Below are positions 19,327-28,918 of a stretch of 64,000 nucleotides of DNA, in pieces. This DNA comes from Candidatus Binatia bacterium. Lineage in GTDB: Bacteria > Desulfobacterota > Binatia > UBA9968. Positions within the stretch are counted from its first letter, which is position 1. Each line of letters begins with the position of its first letter. The DNA is taken from the NCBI GenBank assembly GCA_046757725.1, contig JBHHYU010000006.1, positions 13,841 to 77,840 of the forward strand. The letters are read 5' to 3'. The position numbers were made by a program, and so were the translations under genes. The notes beneath the pieces are model-generated. The model worked only from the letters and a program-made list of their open reading frames with translations, had not been told where the DNA came from and ran no database searches.

Positions 19327-20133
19327 ATGAGAAAGCTTGGACTGATCGCTGGTAATGGGAAGTTCCCACTGATATTTGCAAAACAGGCAAAACGGGAAGG
19401 GGTCTCCTTGGTGACGGTGGCGCATCACGGGGAAACCTCAAAAGAGATTGAAGAACTGGTGGAGGGAGTCACCTGGATCTATGTCGGGGAATTGGGAAAA
19501 ATTATTCGAACCTTTCATCGTGCCGAAGTCGGAGAAGCTGTAATGGTGGGGGGTATTCGAAAGATTAAGCTTTTTTCAAACTTCAGACCGGACCTTAGAG
19601 GGGCAGCGTTTTTAGCCCGGGTCAGGAGCAGGGAAGATGACCGCCTTCTGAGGGGTATAGCCGAGGAGTTGGAAAAAGAAGGTATTAAAATTTTGGAGTC
19701 TACTCTGTTCCTTGCTGAGATCATTCCCTCCGAGGGTGTGATGACCGACCGTTCGCCGACTCCGAAGCAGTGGGAAGATGTTCGGTTTGGATTTAAAGTT
19801 GCCAAGGAGATAGGACGCTTGGGGATCGGACAGAGCGTCGTGGTCAAGAATCGGGTTGTACTAGCTGTTGAAGCGATAGAAGGGACCGATGCGGCAATCC
19901 GCAGGGGAGGAGATCTAGGAAAAGGAGGGTTCGTGTTCGTTAAGGTAAGCAAGCCGGAACAGGACCTTCGCTTCGATGTCCCTGCGGTCGGCGTGAACAC
20001 GGTGAGAGTTTTGCATGAGTGGAAAGGTGCCGTCCTGGCGGTGGAAGCCGATAAGACAATCCTTTTGGAAAGAGAGGAATTGCTCCGGGAGGCGAATAAA
20101 CGGGGGATCGCCGTGGCTGCCGTGAGCGGGTGA
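19327..20133 (+). CDS. lpxI: UDP-2,3-diacylglucosamine hydrolase LpxI (DUF1009 family)
   Basis: LGLIAGNGKFP N-terminal motif. Located between lpxA and lpxB, as in LpxI-using lineages. Confidence 0.75.
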   Translation: MRKLGLIAGNGKFPLIFAKQAKREGVSLVTVAHHGETSKEIEELVEGVTWIYVGELGKIIRTFHRAEVGEAVMVGGIRKIKLFSNFRPDLRGAAFLARVRSREDDRLLRGIAEELEKEGIKILESTLFLAEIIPSEGVMTDRSPTPKQWEDVRFGFKVAKEIGRLGIGQSVVVKNRVVLAVEAIEGTDAAIRRGGDLGKGGFVFVKVSKPEQDLRFDVPAVGVNTVRVLHEWKGAVLAVEADKTILLEREELLREANKRGIAVAAVSG

Positions 20134-20220
20134 GGAACAATGATTCAATTTAGCGCGTCGAGTCTGCTCAGTTCCTTCAAGTATCGAACGGGGAAGTTAG
20201 TGCTTTATGGAGTGTAATGA

Positions 20221-21159
20221 GTGAAACCGGTAGAGGAAGGTAAAATTCCGGTTGGGGTGGTGGGTGTTGGGTATGCAGGCCGGTATCATGCAGAGAAGTA
20301 TACGGCGTCCAACATAGCGACTCTGATAGGGGTAGCGGATATTGATGGCGATCGATCCGGGGTGGTTGGGGAAACCCTCGGGGTGACTTCGTTTACGGAT
20401 TACCGTGAATTCTTTGGTAAGGCCCGCTGCGTTAGCATTGCTGTCCCGACACACCTGCACTACCAGGTCGCTCGGGATTTTCTGTCAGTGGGAATCGATG
20501 TGCTGATAGAAAAACCTATAGCGGTCACTCTGGGAGAGGGAGAGCAGTTGGTGAGGTTGGCCCGGGAGAAAAACCTTGTGCTCCAAGTCGGTCACCTGGA
20601 GCGATTTAACCCTGCTATTCGGCGGCTAGAGAGTGTCATCCGAGAACCCAAGTTTGTAGAGTGCCATCGCCTGGCTCCCTTCGTCGACAGGGGAACCGAC
20701 GTCGATGTGGTATTGGATCTCATGATTCACGATATTGATGTGATTACAAGCTTAGTAGACTCACCGGTTAAACGGGCCGAGGCGGTGGGGGTCCCTGTTT
20801 TAACGGACAAGCCGGATATCGCCAATGCTCGCATTACTTTTTCTAATGGCTGCATTGCCAATGTGACAGCGAGTCGGGTTTCTATGAAACGCGAGAGAAA
20901 AATCCGGTTTTTTCAGCCGGATGCCTATATCTCGATTGATTACGACCAAAAGCGGGCTCAGGTCTACCGTCGGGTTAAAAAGGGAGGTGGTTGGGGTGAT
21001 ATACGAGGGGAAACCGTGGAGATCAAAGACGGAGATGCCCTAGCTGATGAGATTGAATCGTTTTTGGAAGCTGTCCGCGCCCGTCACGACCCCGTCGTGA
21101 GTGGCGAAGAGGGCCTCAGAGCTTTGGAGATTGCTTCCATGATCAGTGAGCAACTGTGA
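20221..21159 (+). CDS. Gfo/Idh/MocA-family NAD(P) oxidoreductase (GnnA-like by context)
   Basis: Rossmann motif VGVVGVGYAGRYH and EKP motif LIEKPIA. Confidence 0.8.
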   Translation: MKPVEEGKIPVGVVGVGYAGRYHAEKYTASNIATLIGVADIDGDRSGVVGETLGVTSFTDYREFFGKARCVSIAVPTHLHYQVARDFLSVGIDVLIEKPIAVTLGEGEQLVRLAREKNLVLQVGHLERFNPAIRRLESVIREPKFVECHRLAPFVDRGTDVDVVLDLMIHDIDVITSLVDSPVKRAEAVGVPVLTDKPDIANARITFSNGCIANVTASRVSMKRERKIRFFQPDAYISIDYDQKRAQVYRRVKKGGGWGDIRGETVEIKDGDALADEIESFLEAVRARHDPVVSGEEGLRALEIASMISEQL

Positions 21160-21261
21160 GCACAGAACAGACAGGGACAGTCGTTTGCAAACCTCAAATC
21201 CAGATGTATGTTCCGCGTCACCTAACTTCGGGCTGTTGGCAGAGGGATCTCTGACGCACTG

Positions 21262-22410
21262 ATGGGCGGAGCGTCGAGGGAAATCAAGCGGGTCATGCTC
21301 GTTGTTGGAGAGGCATCGGGCGATCTACACGGTGCCAATGTGGCCAGGTGTCTCTACCAGCAGAGTCCCGGCATAGAGATTTTTGGAGTCGCGGGCGTAG
21401 CCCTTCGGCGTGTAGGCGTTGAGGTTCTTGTCGATGTAGCTCAGCTGACCGGGATGGGGTTTGCTGAACTTTTGGGAAATCTGAGAACCCTTTGGCAGAG
21501 CTACCGTCTCCTGCGAAGGGTTTTGAGGGAAAGAAGGCCGCACCTCCTGATTCTGATTGATTTTCCAGAGTTCAATTTGCGTTTGGCCCGCGTGGCCAAG
21601 AAATTAGAGATCCCTGTCCTCTATTATATCAGCCCGCAGGTATGGGCTTGGCGACGGCGGCGAATTCACAAAATCGCGAAACGGGTAGACCAGATGGCCG
21701 TCGTTTTTCCGTTTGAGGTTCCACTTTATGAGAGAGAAGGGGTGCCGGTCAGTTTTGTGGGCCACCCTCTCTTGGATGTGGTCCAGCCTAGCCAATCCCG
21801 CGAGATCACGCTGAAGCAGTATGGGCTTGATCCTTCCCGGAGTACGATCGCCCTTCTTCCCGGAAGCCGAGAGCGGGAAGTCGGTTACCTTCTTCCCCCA
21901 ATGCTTCAAGCCGCAGAGCGTCTAGGCCAGCAAATGGAGGTCCAGTTTCTTATCGTTCGTGCGAGCACCGTTAATCTCTGGGACCTGCAAGAGAAGGTTG
22001 CTCGGGCTTCCATTACGATTCCCATTGCCGAGGGGAATACCTATAATAGCCTAGGCGCTTCGGATCTGGTTTGGACAGCCTCCGGGACCGCTACGGTTGA
22101 GACTGCGTTGATGCTGCGCCCGATGGTTATCGTTTACCGATTAGCCTGGTTAACCTACGGAATCGCAAGGCTTTTGGTCCAAGTCAATCACATCGGGATG
22201 GTCAATATCGTGGCAGGTGAAACGGTTGTGCCGGAGTTAATTCAGACCCATGTGACGGCTGAGAGGATCATTAAGGAGAGCAGAAATATCCTAGAGGACT
22301 CGGCCGTTCGCTGCGAAATGGTGAAAAAGCTGGCGGCAGTCCGGGGAAAACTCGGGTCTCCGGGGGCAGCAAACCGGGTCGCGGATTTAGCCCGTGCGAT
22401 GATGGTGTAA
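21262..22410 (+). CDS. lpxB: lipid-A-disaccharide synthase
   Basis: VMLVVGEASGDLHGANV N-terminal motif. Confidence 0.9.
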   Translation: MGGASREIKRVMLVVGEASGDLHGANVARCLYQQSPGIEIFGVAGVALRRVGVEVLVDVAQLTGMGFAELLGNLRTLWQSYRLLRRVLRERRPHLLILIDFPEFNLRLARVAKKLEIPVLYYISPQVWAWRRRRIHKIAKRVDQMAVVFPFEVPLYEREGVPVSFVGHPLLDVVQPSQSREITLKQYGLDPSRSTIALLPGSREREVGYLLPPMLQAAERLGQQMEVQFLIVRASTVNLWDLQEKVARASITIPIAEGNTYNSLGASDLVWTASGTATVETALMLRPMVIVYRLAWLTYGIARLLVQVNHIGMVNIVAGETVVPELIQTHVTAERIIKESRNILEDSAVRCEMVKKLAAVRGKLGSPGAANRVADLARAMMV

Positions 22411-22450
22411 TAAGGACAGTTCACAGCTCAAGGCAGACCAGGAGTTAATT

Positions 22451-24205
22451 TTGAAATTGTACTTTCGCTTGCTGCGCTATCTTAAACCGTATATTTGGCC
22501 GTACTTCTCGATCGCGGTGGTCTGTATGTTGGCCTTCAGCGGTACGACGGGGGCGATACCCTTTCTAGCACGGAGTGTGGTAGATGACATTTTTGTTCGC
22601 AAGGATGAGACGGCGCTTGCGATTTTGCCTTTTGTGATTGTTGCGGTTTTCACCGTTCGTGGGCTCATGAATTTCGGCCAGAGTTACCTTACGGATTACG
22701 TAGGGCTGCGCATTATTAAAGATCTTCGCAACCTTCTCAATCAGCATCTCCAATCCCTTTCTGTCTCGTTCTTTCAGAGCCACCCCACCGGGACCCTCAT
22801 TTCCCGAGTCAACAATGATGTTATGTTGGTACGCTCCACGATTACGGATTCCGTGGCTTCTTTGATGAGAGATGTCACTTCCGTGTTGGCCTTGACCGCG
22901 GTCGCATTTTATGAGGATTGGTTCCTGGCATCCATGGCAGTGGTCGTGTTCCCAGCATCGGTCTTGCCCATTAGCCGTCTGGGAAAAAGGGTAAGGCGTT
23001 TCACCAAGCAGGGACAGGTTGCCATAGGGAACCTCGCGTCATTTCTCCAGGAGACTATACAGGGGAACCGTATCGTCAAGGCATTTGGGATGAAAGCCTA
23101 CGAAAGCAGGAGATTCGCCGCAGAAAATGAACGCCTGTTCAAACGATTTCTCCGAGCCAGTCGCATGAAAGCCCTGGTGGCACCGGCCCTGGAGCTTTTG
23201 GCTTCTGTCGCGATAGGAGCGGTCATGTGGTACGGAGGTTCGAGGGTAATCGATGGCCACCGAACTCCAGGAGAGTTTATGGCGTTTTTGTCAGCGATGT
23301 TTCTTATGTATCAACCCTTCAGGCATATAACGAGAACCTACGCAACTATCCAGCAAGGGATGGCCGGTGCTGAGAGGATCTTTGAGGTTCTCGATGTAGA
23401 ACCAGCGATCAGGGATCGTCCCGGTGCACGGGTGGTGACCGGATTTTCTCGGGAGATCGAGTTTGCCAACGTTAGCTTCGGTTACAGTCGGAGGCTGGTC
23501 CTGAAGAATATTAACCTCAAAATAAAGGAAGGTGAGATGGTAGCGTTAGTGGGGGTGAGTGGTGTGGGTAAGAGTACTCTTTCTGCGCTGATCCCGCGGT
23601 TTTTTGACGTTACTTCAGGGAAGATAACCATCGATGGAGTTGACATCCGAGAGGTCAAGCTCGAGTCGCTGCGTTCACAGATCGGTATCGTCGATCAACA
23701 TACTTTTCTTTTTAACGATACCGTGAAAAATAACATCGCATACGGAGACCTCTCCAAGGAAATGAGTTACATTACGGCAGCTGCGAAAGCAGCCCACGCA
23801 CATGATTTTATTATGAAGTTGCCGCAGGGGTACGATACAATTATTGGTGAGTTGGGCTTGAGCCTTTCAGGTGGGCAACGGCAGAGGCTTGCCATTGCGA
23901 GGGCATTAATTAAAAATGCGCCCATCCTTATTCTGGATGAGGCGACTTCATCGTTGGATAGCGAATCTGAGAATCTAGTTCAGAGGGCCTTAGAACACCT
24001 GATGAACCGGCGTACTACTCTAGTCATTGCCCATCGGCTCTCGACGATCCGCAAGGCTAGTCGTATCATCGTGCTGGTCGGTGGATCCATTGTGGAAGAA
24101 GGGACTCATGAGGACTTGTTGGCCAGAAAGACCGAATATAGCAGGCTTTATACGCTCCAGCTTTTAGGGGGCGAGAGGCCTTTACCGGGTAAGGTCCTGC
24201 ATTGA
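22451..24205 (+). CDS. msbA: lipid A export ABC transporter (fused permease-ATPase), MsbA-like
   Basis: 6-TM N-terminal domain plus an NBD with GVSGVGKST / LSGGQRQR. Located between lpxB and waaA-lpxK. Confidence 0.85.
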   Translation: MKLYFRLLRYLKPYIWPYFSIAVVCMLAFSGTTGAIPFLARSVVDDIFVRKDETALAILPFVIVAVFTVRGLMNFGQSYLTDYVGLRIIKDLRNLLNQHLQSLSVSFFQSHPTGTLISRVNNDVMLVRSTITDSVASLMRDVTSVLALTAVAFYEDWFLASMAVVVFPASVLPISRLGKRVRRFTKQGQVAIGNLASFLQETIQGNRIVKAFGMKAYESRRFAAENERLFKRFLRASRMKALVAPALELLASVAIGAVMWYGGSRVIDGHRTPGEFMAFLSAMFLMYQPFRHITRTYATIQQGMAGAERIFEVLDVEPAIRDRPGARVVTGFSREIEFANVSFGYSRRLVLKNINLKIKEGEMVALVGVSGVGKSTLSALIPRFFDVTSGKITIDGVDIREVKLESLRSQIGIVDQHTFLFNDTVKNNIAYGDLSKEMSYITAAAKAAHAHDFIMKLPQGYDTIIGELGLSLSGGQRQRLAIARALIKNAPILILDEATSSLDSESENLVQRALEHLMNRRTTLVIAHRLSTIRKASRIIVLVGGSIVEEGTHEDLLARKTEYSRLYTLQLLGGERPLPGKVLH

Positions 24206-24211
24206 GTCGCC

Positions 24212-25510
24212 ATGGGCTATTGGATCTACAATTCCCTTCTTACTCTGGCTCTTATTTTTGCCTCACCCGTTATTCCTATACTGTTCCTGATGAAGGGAAG
24301 ATTCAGTGAGGGGCTCCTTCAAAGGCTTGGGTTTTATCCAAAGGAGATTTCGACCAAGATCAAGGGCAAGCGTCCCATTTGGATTCATGCCGTGTCAGTA
24401 GGTGAGGTGCTGTCGGCTCACCATCTGCTGCGGGAGGTCAGTAAAAGATTTCCAGAACGGAAGATTGTTCTATCTACTTTTACAGCCACAGGTAATGAGA
24501 TAGCCCGAAAATTCATGGGCCCATGTGGCGTCGTTGTTTTTCCGCCCCTAGATCACCCTTGGATTGTTTCCCGCGCCTTGAGCCTTTTTGACCCCGCAAT
24601 GTTGATAATTTTAGAGACGGAGATCTGGCCTAACCTACTTGATTTCACGCATCGACGGGGGATTCCGACGGTCCTGTTAAGCGGGCGGATTTCCGCCGGG
24701 GCGTTCCGTCATTATCGGCTTCTCAGGCTCCTTTTTTCCAGAGTCGTCCGGAAGTTCACGGCTCTCGGAATGCAAAGCGAGGAAGATGCGACGCGCATGG
24801 TCCGTTTAGGAGTCGATCCGGAAAAAATCTGGATAACAGGAAGCCTCAAACACGTGCTGCACGAGGAGATTGATCGTGATCAAACCTCTGACGCGGGAAA
24901 AGCGAGTCTCAAATTAGATCTGAAAGGCATTAGGCAAGTTTGGGTTGTGGGAAGTACGCACCGGGGAGAGGAAGAAGTGGTTTTGGATGCATTTGCGTCG
25001 CTAAAATTGCGTTTTCCCGAGCTTTTCATGGTGCTCGCACCAAGGCATCCAGAGCGCTTTGGTGAAGTCGAGCGCCTTCTGAAAAAGAGGAAAATAATTT
25101 ATCAGAAGAAAAGCGAGATGAATGGACGGGTAGGTAGAGTCGGGGATGTTATCCTTTTAGATACCTTGGGAGACCTGGACGGTTTTTATTCCATAGCGGA
25201 CGTTGCTTTTATCGGCGGGAGTTTAGTTGATGCGGGGGGGCATAACCTCCTGGAACCAGCTCGGTTTCGCAAGCCTATCCTCTTCGGCCCTTACATGACC
25301 AATTTTGCCGAGTTAACCGAGGAACTGAAGCAAATGGGTGGTGGAAGGGAGGTCCGCGGGAGGGATGATCTGGTCCGTGAGATCTCTTGGATCTTGACTG
25401 ACCAAGAACAGGCTGAGAGGATGGGAGAGCTTGCATATGGCGTGGCTCAGCGGGATCGTAGTGTGATGCAACATAGTATAGCATTGCTCTACCGATACCT
25501 GCACGAATGA
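24212..25510 (+). CDS. waaA: 3-deoxy-D-manno-octulosonic acid (Kdo) transferase
   Basis: IWIHAVSVGEV motif and GT30 family pattern. Confidence 0.9.
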   Translation: MGYWIYNSLLTLALIFASPVIPILFLMKGRFSEGLLQRLGFYPKEISTKIKGKRPIWIHAVSVGEVLSAHHLLREVSKRFPERKIVLSTFTATGNEIARKFMGPCGVVVFPPLDHPWIVSRALSLFDPAMLIILETEIWPNLLDFTHRRGIPTVLLSGRISAGAFRHYRLLRLLFSRVVRKFTALGMQSEEDATRMVRLGVDPEKIWITGSLKHVLHEEIDRDQTSDAGKASLKLDLKGIRQVWVVGSTHRGEEEVVLDAFASLKLRFPELFMVLAPRHPERFGEVERLLKKRKIIYQKKSEMNGRVGRVGDVILLDTLGDLDGFYSIADVAFIGGSLVDAGGHNLLEPARFRKPILFGPYMTNFAELTEELKQMGGGREVRGRDDLVREISWILTDQEQAERMGELAYGVAQRDRSVMQHSIALLYRYLHE

Positions 25511-25588
25511 GCGTGCGCCCAATCACTAGTCCTTCTCAGATCAGCGCAAAAGCTGACCGTTTCTCGCCCATCGCTAAATAACAGATCA

Positions 25589-26683
25589 ATGAAGCGATCG
25601 TGGGTTCAAAGAGTCTGGAAAAGGGAAGGCCTTTTTGCTTCCCTCCTTTGGATCCTCGTTCTGCCTTTGTCCTTTCTCTATGGGGCTGGAGTCCGAGTTC
25701 GTAATGGTTTTTATTCACTTAGATGGAAACAGTCGAAACACTTGCCGTGTATGGTGGTCAGTGTGGGAAATCTCACCGTGGGGGGTACGGGTAAGACGCC
25801 GACAACCTTATGGCTGGCACAGGCACTCAAAAAAAATGGGTTCAGAGTTGCAATCTTGAGCCGTGGATATAAGAGAACAGCAGGCGCCACCGTGATCCTG
25901 GACCCCGGCCTTAGTCGAGTGGTTTCTGGTGAGGGAGGGGCGGAGAACGCCATAGACGCGGGGGATGAACCCTTCATGATGGCGAAACTTTATTCGCACA
26001 AAGTGGGTGTGGGAAAGAAACGATACGAGGCAGGGAATCAAATACTCCAGAGTGAGCACGTGGACGTCTTTATTCTCGACGATGGTTTCCAGCACCGGCA
26101 GTTGAGTCGGGATATCGATCTTGTACTTTTAGGCCTGGAACATAAAGGATGGCTGATGCCTGCGGGTCCTTTTCGGGAGCCGAGAGGTGTCTTGCGTCGT
26201 GCGGACCTCTGTTTGGTCACCGGTGCCAGGGAAGAATGGGGAGCATTTTTAGCCGGTAGACAGGAAAAATCAGCCGTATTCTTCGGTTCCCTTCGACCAA
26301 AAGTCTTAGTAAGCTGGGAGGGTGAGCAGTGGCAAGAAGCTTCCTTGGGTCTATTGGTAGGGAAGAAGATCGTAGCGGTCTCTGGCATAGCCAGTGCCGC
26401 CCCTTTTTATAGAATGATTCACGACTGGGAGGGAGAGATCCTAGACACCGTTGAGTTTTCTGATCATCACACCTACTCCGCTGAGGATTGGCAAAGGATC
26501 AATCGTGCTGCCCGGCATGCCGACCTCATTATTACTACCGAAAAAGATATATTTAAATTGATGCGCTTTCCCTTCGCAAAGAAACAACTTTTGGCGTTAC
26601 GGGTAGAAATGGTTGTGGAAAATGGGTGCGCGCTGATTAAATGTGTTGCGGATGCGGTTCGAGCAAAGATGAGAGATGCCTAA
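25589..26683 (+). CDS. lpxK: tetraacyldisaccharide 4'-kinase
   Basis: P-loop [13 protein letters not shown]. Confidence 0.9.
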   Translation: MKRSWVQRVWKREGLFASLLWILVLPLSFLYGAGVRVRNGFYSLRWKQSKHLPCMVVSVGNLTVGGTGKTPTTLWLAQALKKNGFRVAILSRGYKRTAGATVILDPGLSRVVSGEGGAENAIDAGDEPFMMAKLYSHKVGVGKKRYEAGNQILQSEHVDVFILDDGFQHRQLSRDIDLVLLGLEHKGWLMPAGPFREPRGVLRRADLCLVTGAREEWGAFLAGRQEKSAVFFGSLRPKVLVSWEGEQWQEASLGLLVGKKIVAVSGIASAAPFYRMIHDWEGEILDTVEFSDHHTYSAEDWQRINRAARHADLIITTEKDIFKLMRFPFAKKQLLALRVEMVVENGCALIKCVADAVRAKMRDA

Positions 26684-26692
26684 GTAGGAGCT

Positions 26693-27772
26693 ATGATTGC
26701 GGTGACCCGTGCAAGCCCAGCTGTCTTTGTCGATCGGGATGGTACGCTGATTCGCGACGTCGGTTATCTTAGCCGCCCGGGGCAGATCGAACTGTTGCCT
26801 CGGGTTCCCGAGGCCATCCGTTCAATGCAGCAACATGGACTCAAGGTAACGGTTATAACGAATCAATCAGGGGTCGCACGAGGCTTTTTTGGTGAAGAAC
26901 AGCTTCAACGGGTTCACGAGGCGTTGAAAGCACGCTTGGCGGAAAAGGGTGTTTGTCTGGATGGAATCTACTATTGTCCCCATCATCCATCCGAAGGAAG
27001 AGATCCTTACCGGGTTTCTTGTAACTGTCGGAAACCGAAGGATGGTCTTCCCAGACGGGCGGCAACCGATCTGAATGTGGATCTTGGTTGTTCCTATGTC
27101 GTCGGCGATCGGTTGTCCGACATGAAAATGGCTACTGGCATCGGAGCCAAAGGGATCCTGATCGAAGGTGAGAAAATCCTGGAGGAAAAGGAGAGCGGTT
27201 CGAAAAACCTGGTGGTAAAGGACCTTTGGGAGGCTGCACAGTGGATTATCAGTGACCTCGGCCAAGAAGAAAGAAGAAGCGCGGCGATGGAAAAAGCAAT
27301 GTTTGGAGCTGGGTGCTTCTGGGGGGTAGAAGAAGTCTTTCGTCAGTGTAAAGGCGTTATTGCTACTGCCGTGGGATATGCTGGCGGTTCCTTCGAAAAC
27401 CCAACCTACGCAGATGTGTGTACCGGAACCACGGGGCATGCCGAGGTAGTGGAGGTGGAATATGATCCGTATCAGGTGTCTTACGGGGAGCTTCTTACCT
27501 TGTTCTGGAAAAACCATGATCCAACGACATTGAACCGGCAAGGGCCGGACATAGGGTCACAGTACAGGTCCATCATTTTCTTTTATAATCCAGAGCAAAA
27601 AGCATTAGCCGAGGTCGCGAAAGAGACGCTTCAAAAGAGTGGCAGGTCCATACGGCCAATCGTCACAGAGATTATTCCAGCAGCGCGGTTCTATCGCGCG
27701 GAGGAGTATCATCAAAATTATCTTATCAAGTCGAGGTTGGGTTCTCTGTCTGGTTTTCTAAAAAAGGTGTGA
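26693..27772 (+). CDS. fusion ORF: an N-terminal HAD domain resembling D,D-heptose-1,7-bisphosphate phosphatase (GmhB), and a C-terminal peptide-methionine-(S)-S-oxide reductase (MsrA)
   Basis: N-terminal DRDGTL HAD motif plus Zn-site CPHHP...CNCRKP. C-terminal [11 protein letters not shown] MsrA active-site region. One continuous 359-aa frame with no internal stop. Confidence 0.8.
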   Translation: MIAVTRASPAVFVDRDGTLIRDVGYLSRPGQIELLPRVPEAIRSMQQHGLKVTVITNQSGVARGFFGEEQLQRVHEALKARLAEKGVCLDGIYYCPHHPSEGRDPYRVSCNCRKPKDGLPRRAATDLNVDLGCSYVVGDRLSDMKMATGIGAKGILIEGEKILEEKESGSKNLVVKDLWEAAQWIISDLGQEERRSAAMEKAMFGAGCFWGVEEVFRQCKGVIATAVGYAGGSFENPTYADVCTGTTGHAEVVEVEYDPYQVSYGELLTLFWKNHDPTTLNRQGPDIGSQYRSIIFFYNPEQKALAEVAKETLQKSGRSIRPIVTEIIPAARFYRAEEYHQNYLIKSRLGSLSGFLKKV

Positions 27773-27815
27773 AAAAAGTTAGGCACTCGAAGGACTTGCC
27801 TTCAGGAGAGCTCCA

Positions 27816-28277
27816 ATGCCGGTTCAGTTCGTCGATGTTATTCATCACAAGAAGTTAAGGGTTGGCTATAGCAAGAAAGTGCTTGCGAAAACAGATGAGT
27901 TCCATGTTTGGATTCACGGGGACCGCCCGGGTGTGAAAGGGCCGATGCATAGACACACGGCGGATGAGACCTTTTACTGTATACAGGGGGAGTGTACCAT
28001 TGTACTCAGAAAAGGCTTGAAGACAAAATTAAAGCCTGGAAGGCTCGTGTTCATCCCGAAGGGAGAATACTATCGACTGCACAATAGCGGATCTGATTAC
28101 ATGATGCTTCTGGGATCTCGGTCTGAAGCCCACAGGCATCCCCGGTTTAGTACGAAAGGCAAAAAAGTAGGTGGAAACCGCACAGCGCTGAAAACATCAT
28201 CCGGTTTCATCCGGAGAAGAACCAGAAGGGCTAAGGACAGGCAGGCAGCCGCCAGGGGGCCCGTTAGGGGTTCCTGA
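27816..28277 (+). CDS. cupin-domain protein with a basic low-complexity tail
   Basis: HRHTADETFYCIQGE...FIPKGEYYRLHN, a two-motif cupin pattern. Confidence 0.6.
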   Translation: MPVQFVDVIHHKKLRVGYSKKVLAKTDEFHVWIHGDRPGVKGPMHRHTADETFYCIQGECTIVLRKGLKTKLKPGRLVFIPKGEYYRLHNSGSDYMMLLGSRSEAHRHPRFSTKGKKVGGNRTALKTSSGFIRRRTRRAKDRQAAARGPVRGS

Positions 28278-28732
28278 GAAACTACGGTTTGATTACCCAG
28301 AAGGTAGCGAGGTGCGAGTTCGGCTTCAGAAATATCGCAGATCCGGAGTCAGGGCAGGGCAATCTCGGCTCTCCGTTAACGAGAGCGGTTCCTCAGGAGA
28401 AAACCTTCCGGCCTGAGTCAATAAGTCTGTGCCTTGACGGCCACCCCCCCCCGTCCCCTTTAGCTGGGCTCTCCAATGGCCTGCGCCTGCCTCCAACCTC
28501 CACGTCCCTATGCCTCATGTTTCCTCCCTCCGAACCGGATGCAAGGACAAACTGGTTTTGCCGGCCTGCTGACCAGGCTCTTGTTGATAAATAAGCACTT
28601 ATGGGATACTCTCGCTTAAAAACGAGCCGTGGTTGGTAGTAGTTTTTGCTATACGGACTTCCGGTGGGCTTCAGAAAAACTCGCGCTGTGATATAGGCAG
28701 TCGGGTACTAGCGTCCGAAAGCATACCCAAAG

Positions 28733-28918
28733 TTGACGGAGGAATTAGTGATGGCGATTAGTAAGGATCTTTTGGATATTCTCGCGTGCCCCAAATGTAA
28801 AGGGGACATCCATTTAAACCCATCAGAGGATGGTCTCATTTGTGAGGCATGCCATTTAATGTACCCTATTAAAGACGACATCCCCGTCATGTTGATAGAT
28901 GAAGCGGTCCAATTGTAG
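28733..28918 (+). CDS. Trm112/UPF0434-family small zinc-ribbon protein
   Basis: DILACPKCKG...CEAC...YPIKDDIPVML. Confidence 0.7.
   Translation: MTEELVMAISKDLLDILACPKCKGDIHLNPSEDGLICEACHLMYPIKDDIPVMLIDEAVQL

Noticed and set aside
28289-28594. 101-aa Pro-rich ORF in the C-rich intergenic gap
   Set aside because: Low-complexity composition (PPPSPLAGLS…), no RBS, and it overlaps the poly-C tract. Most likely non-coding.
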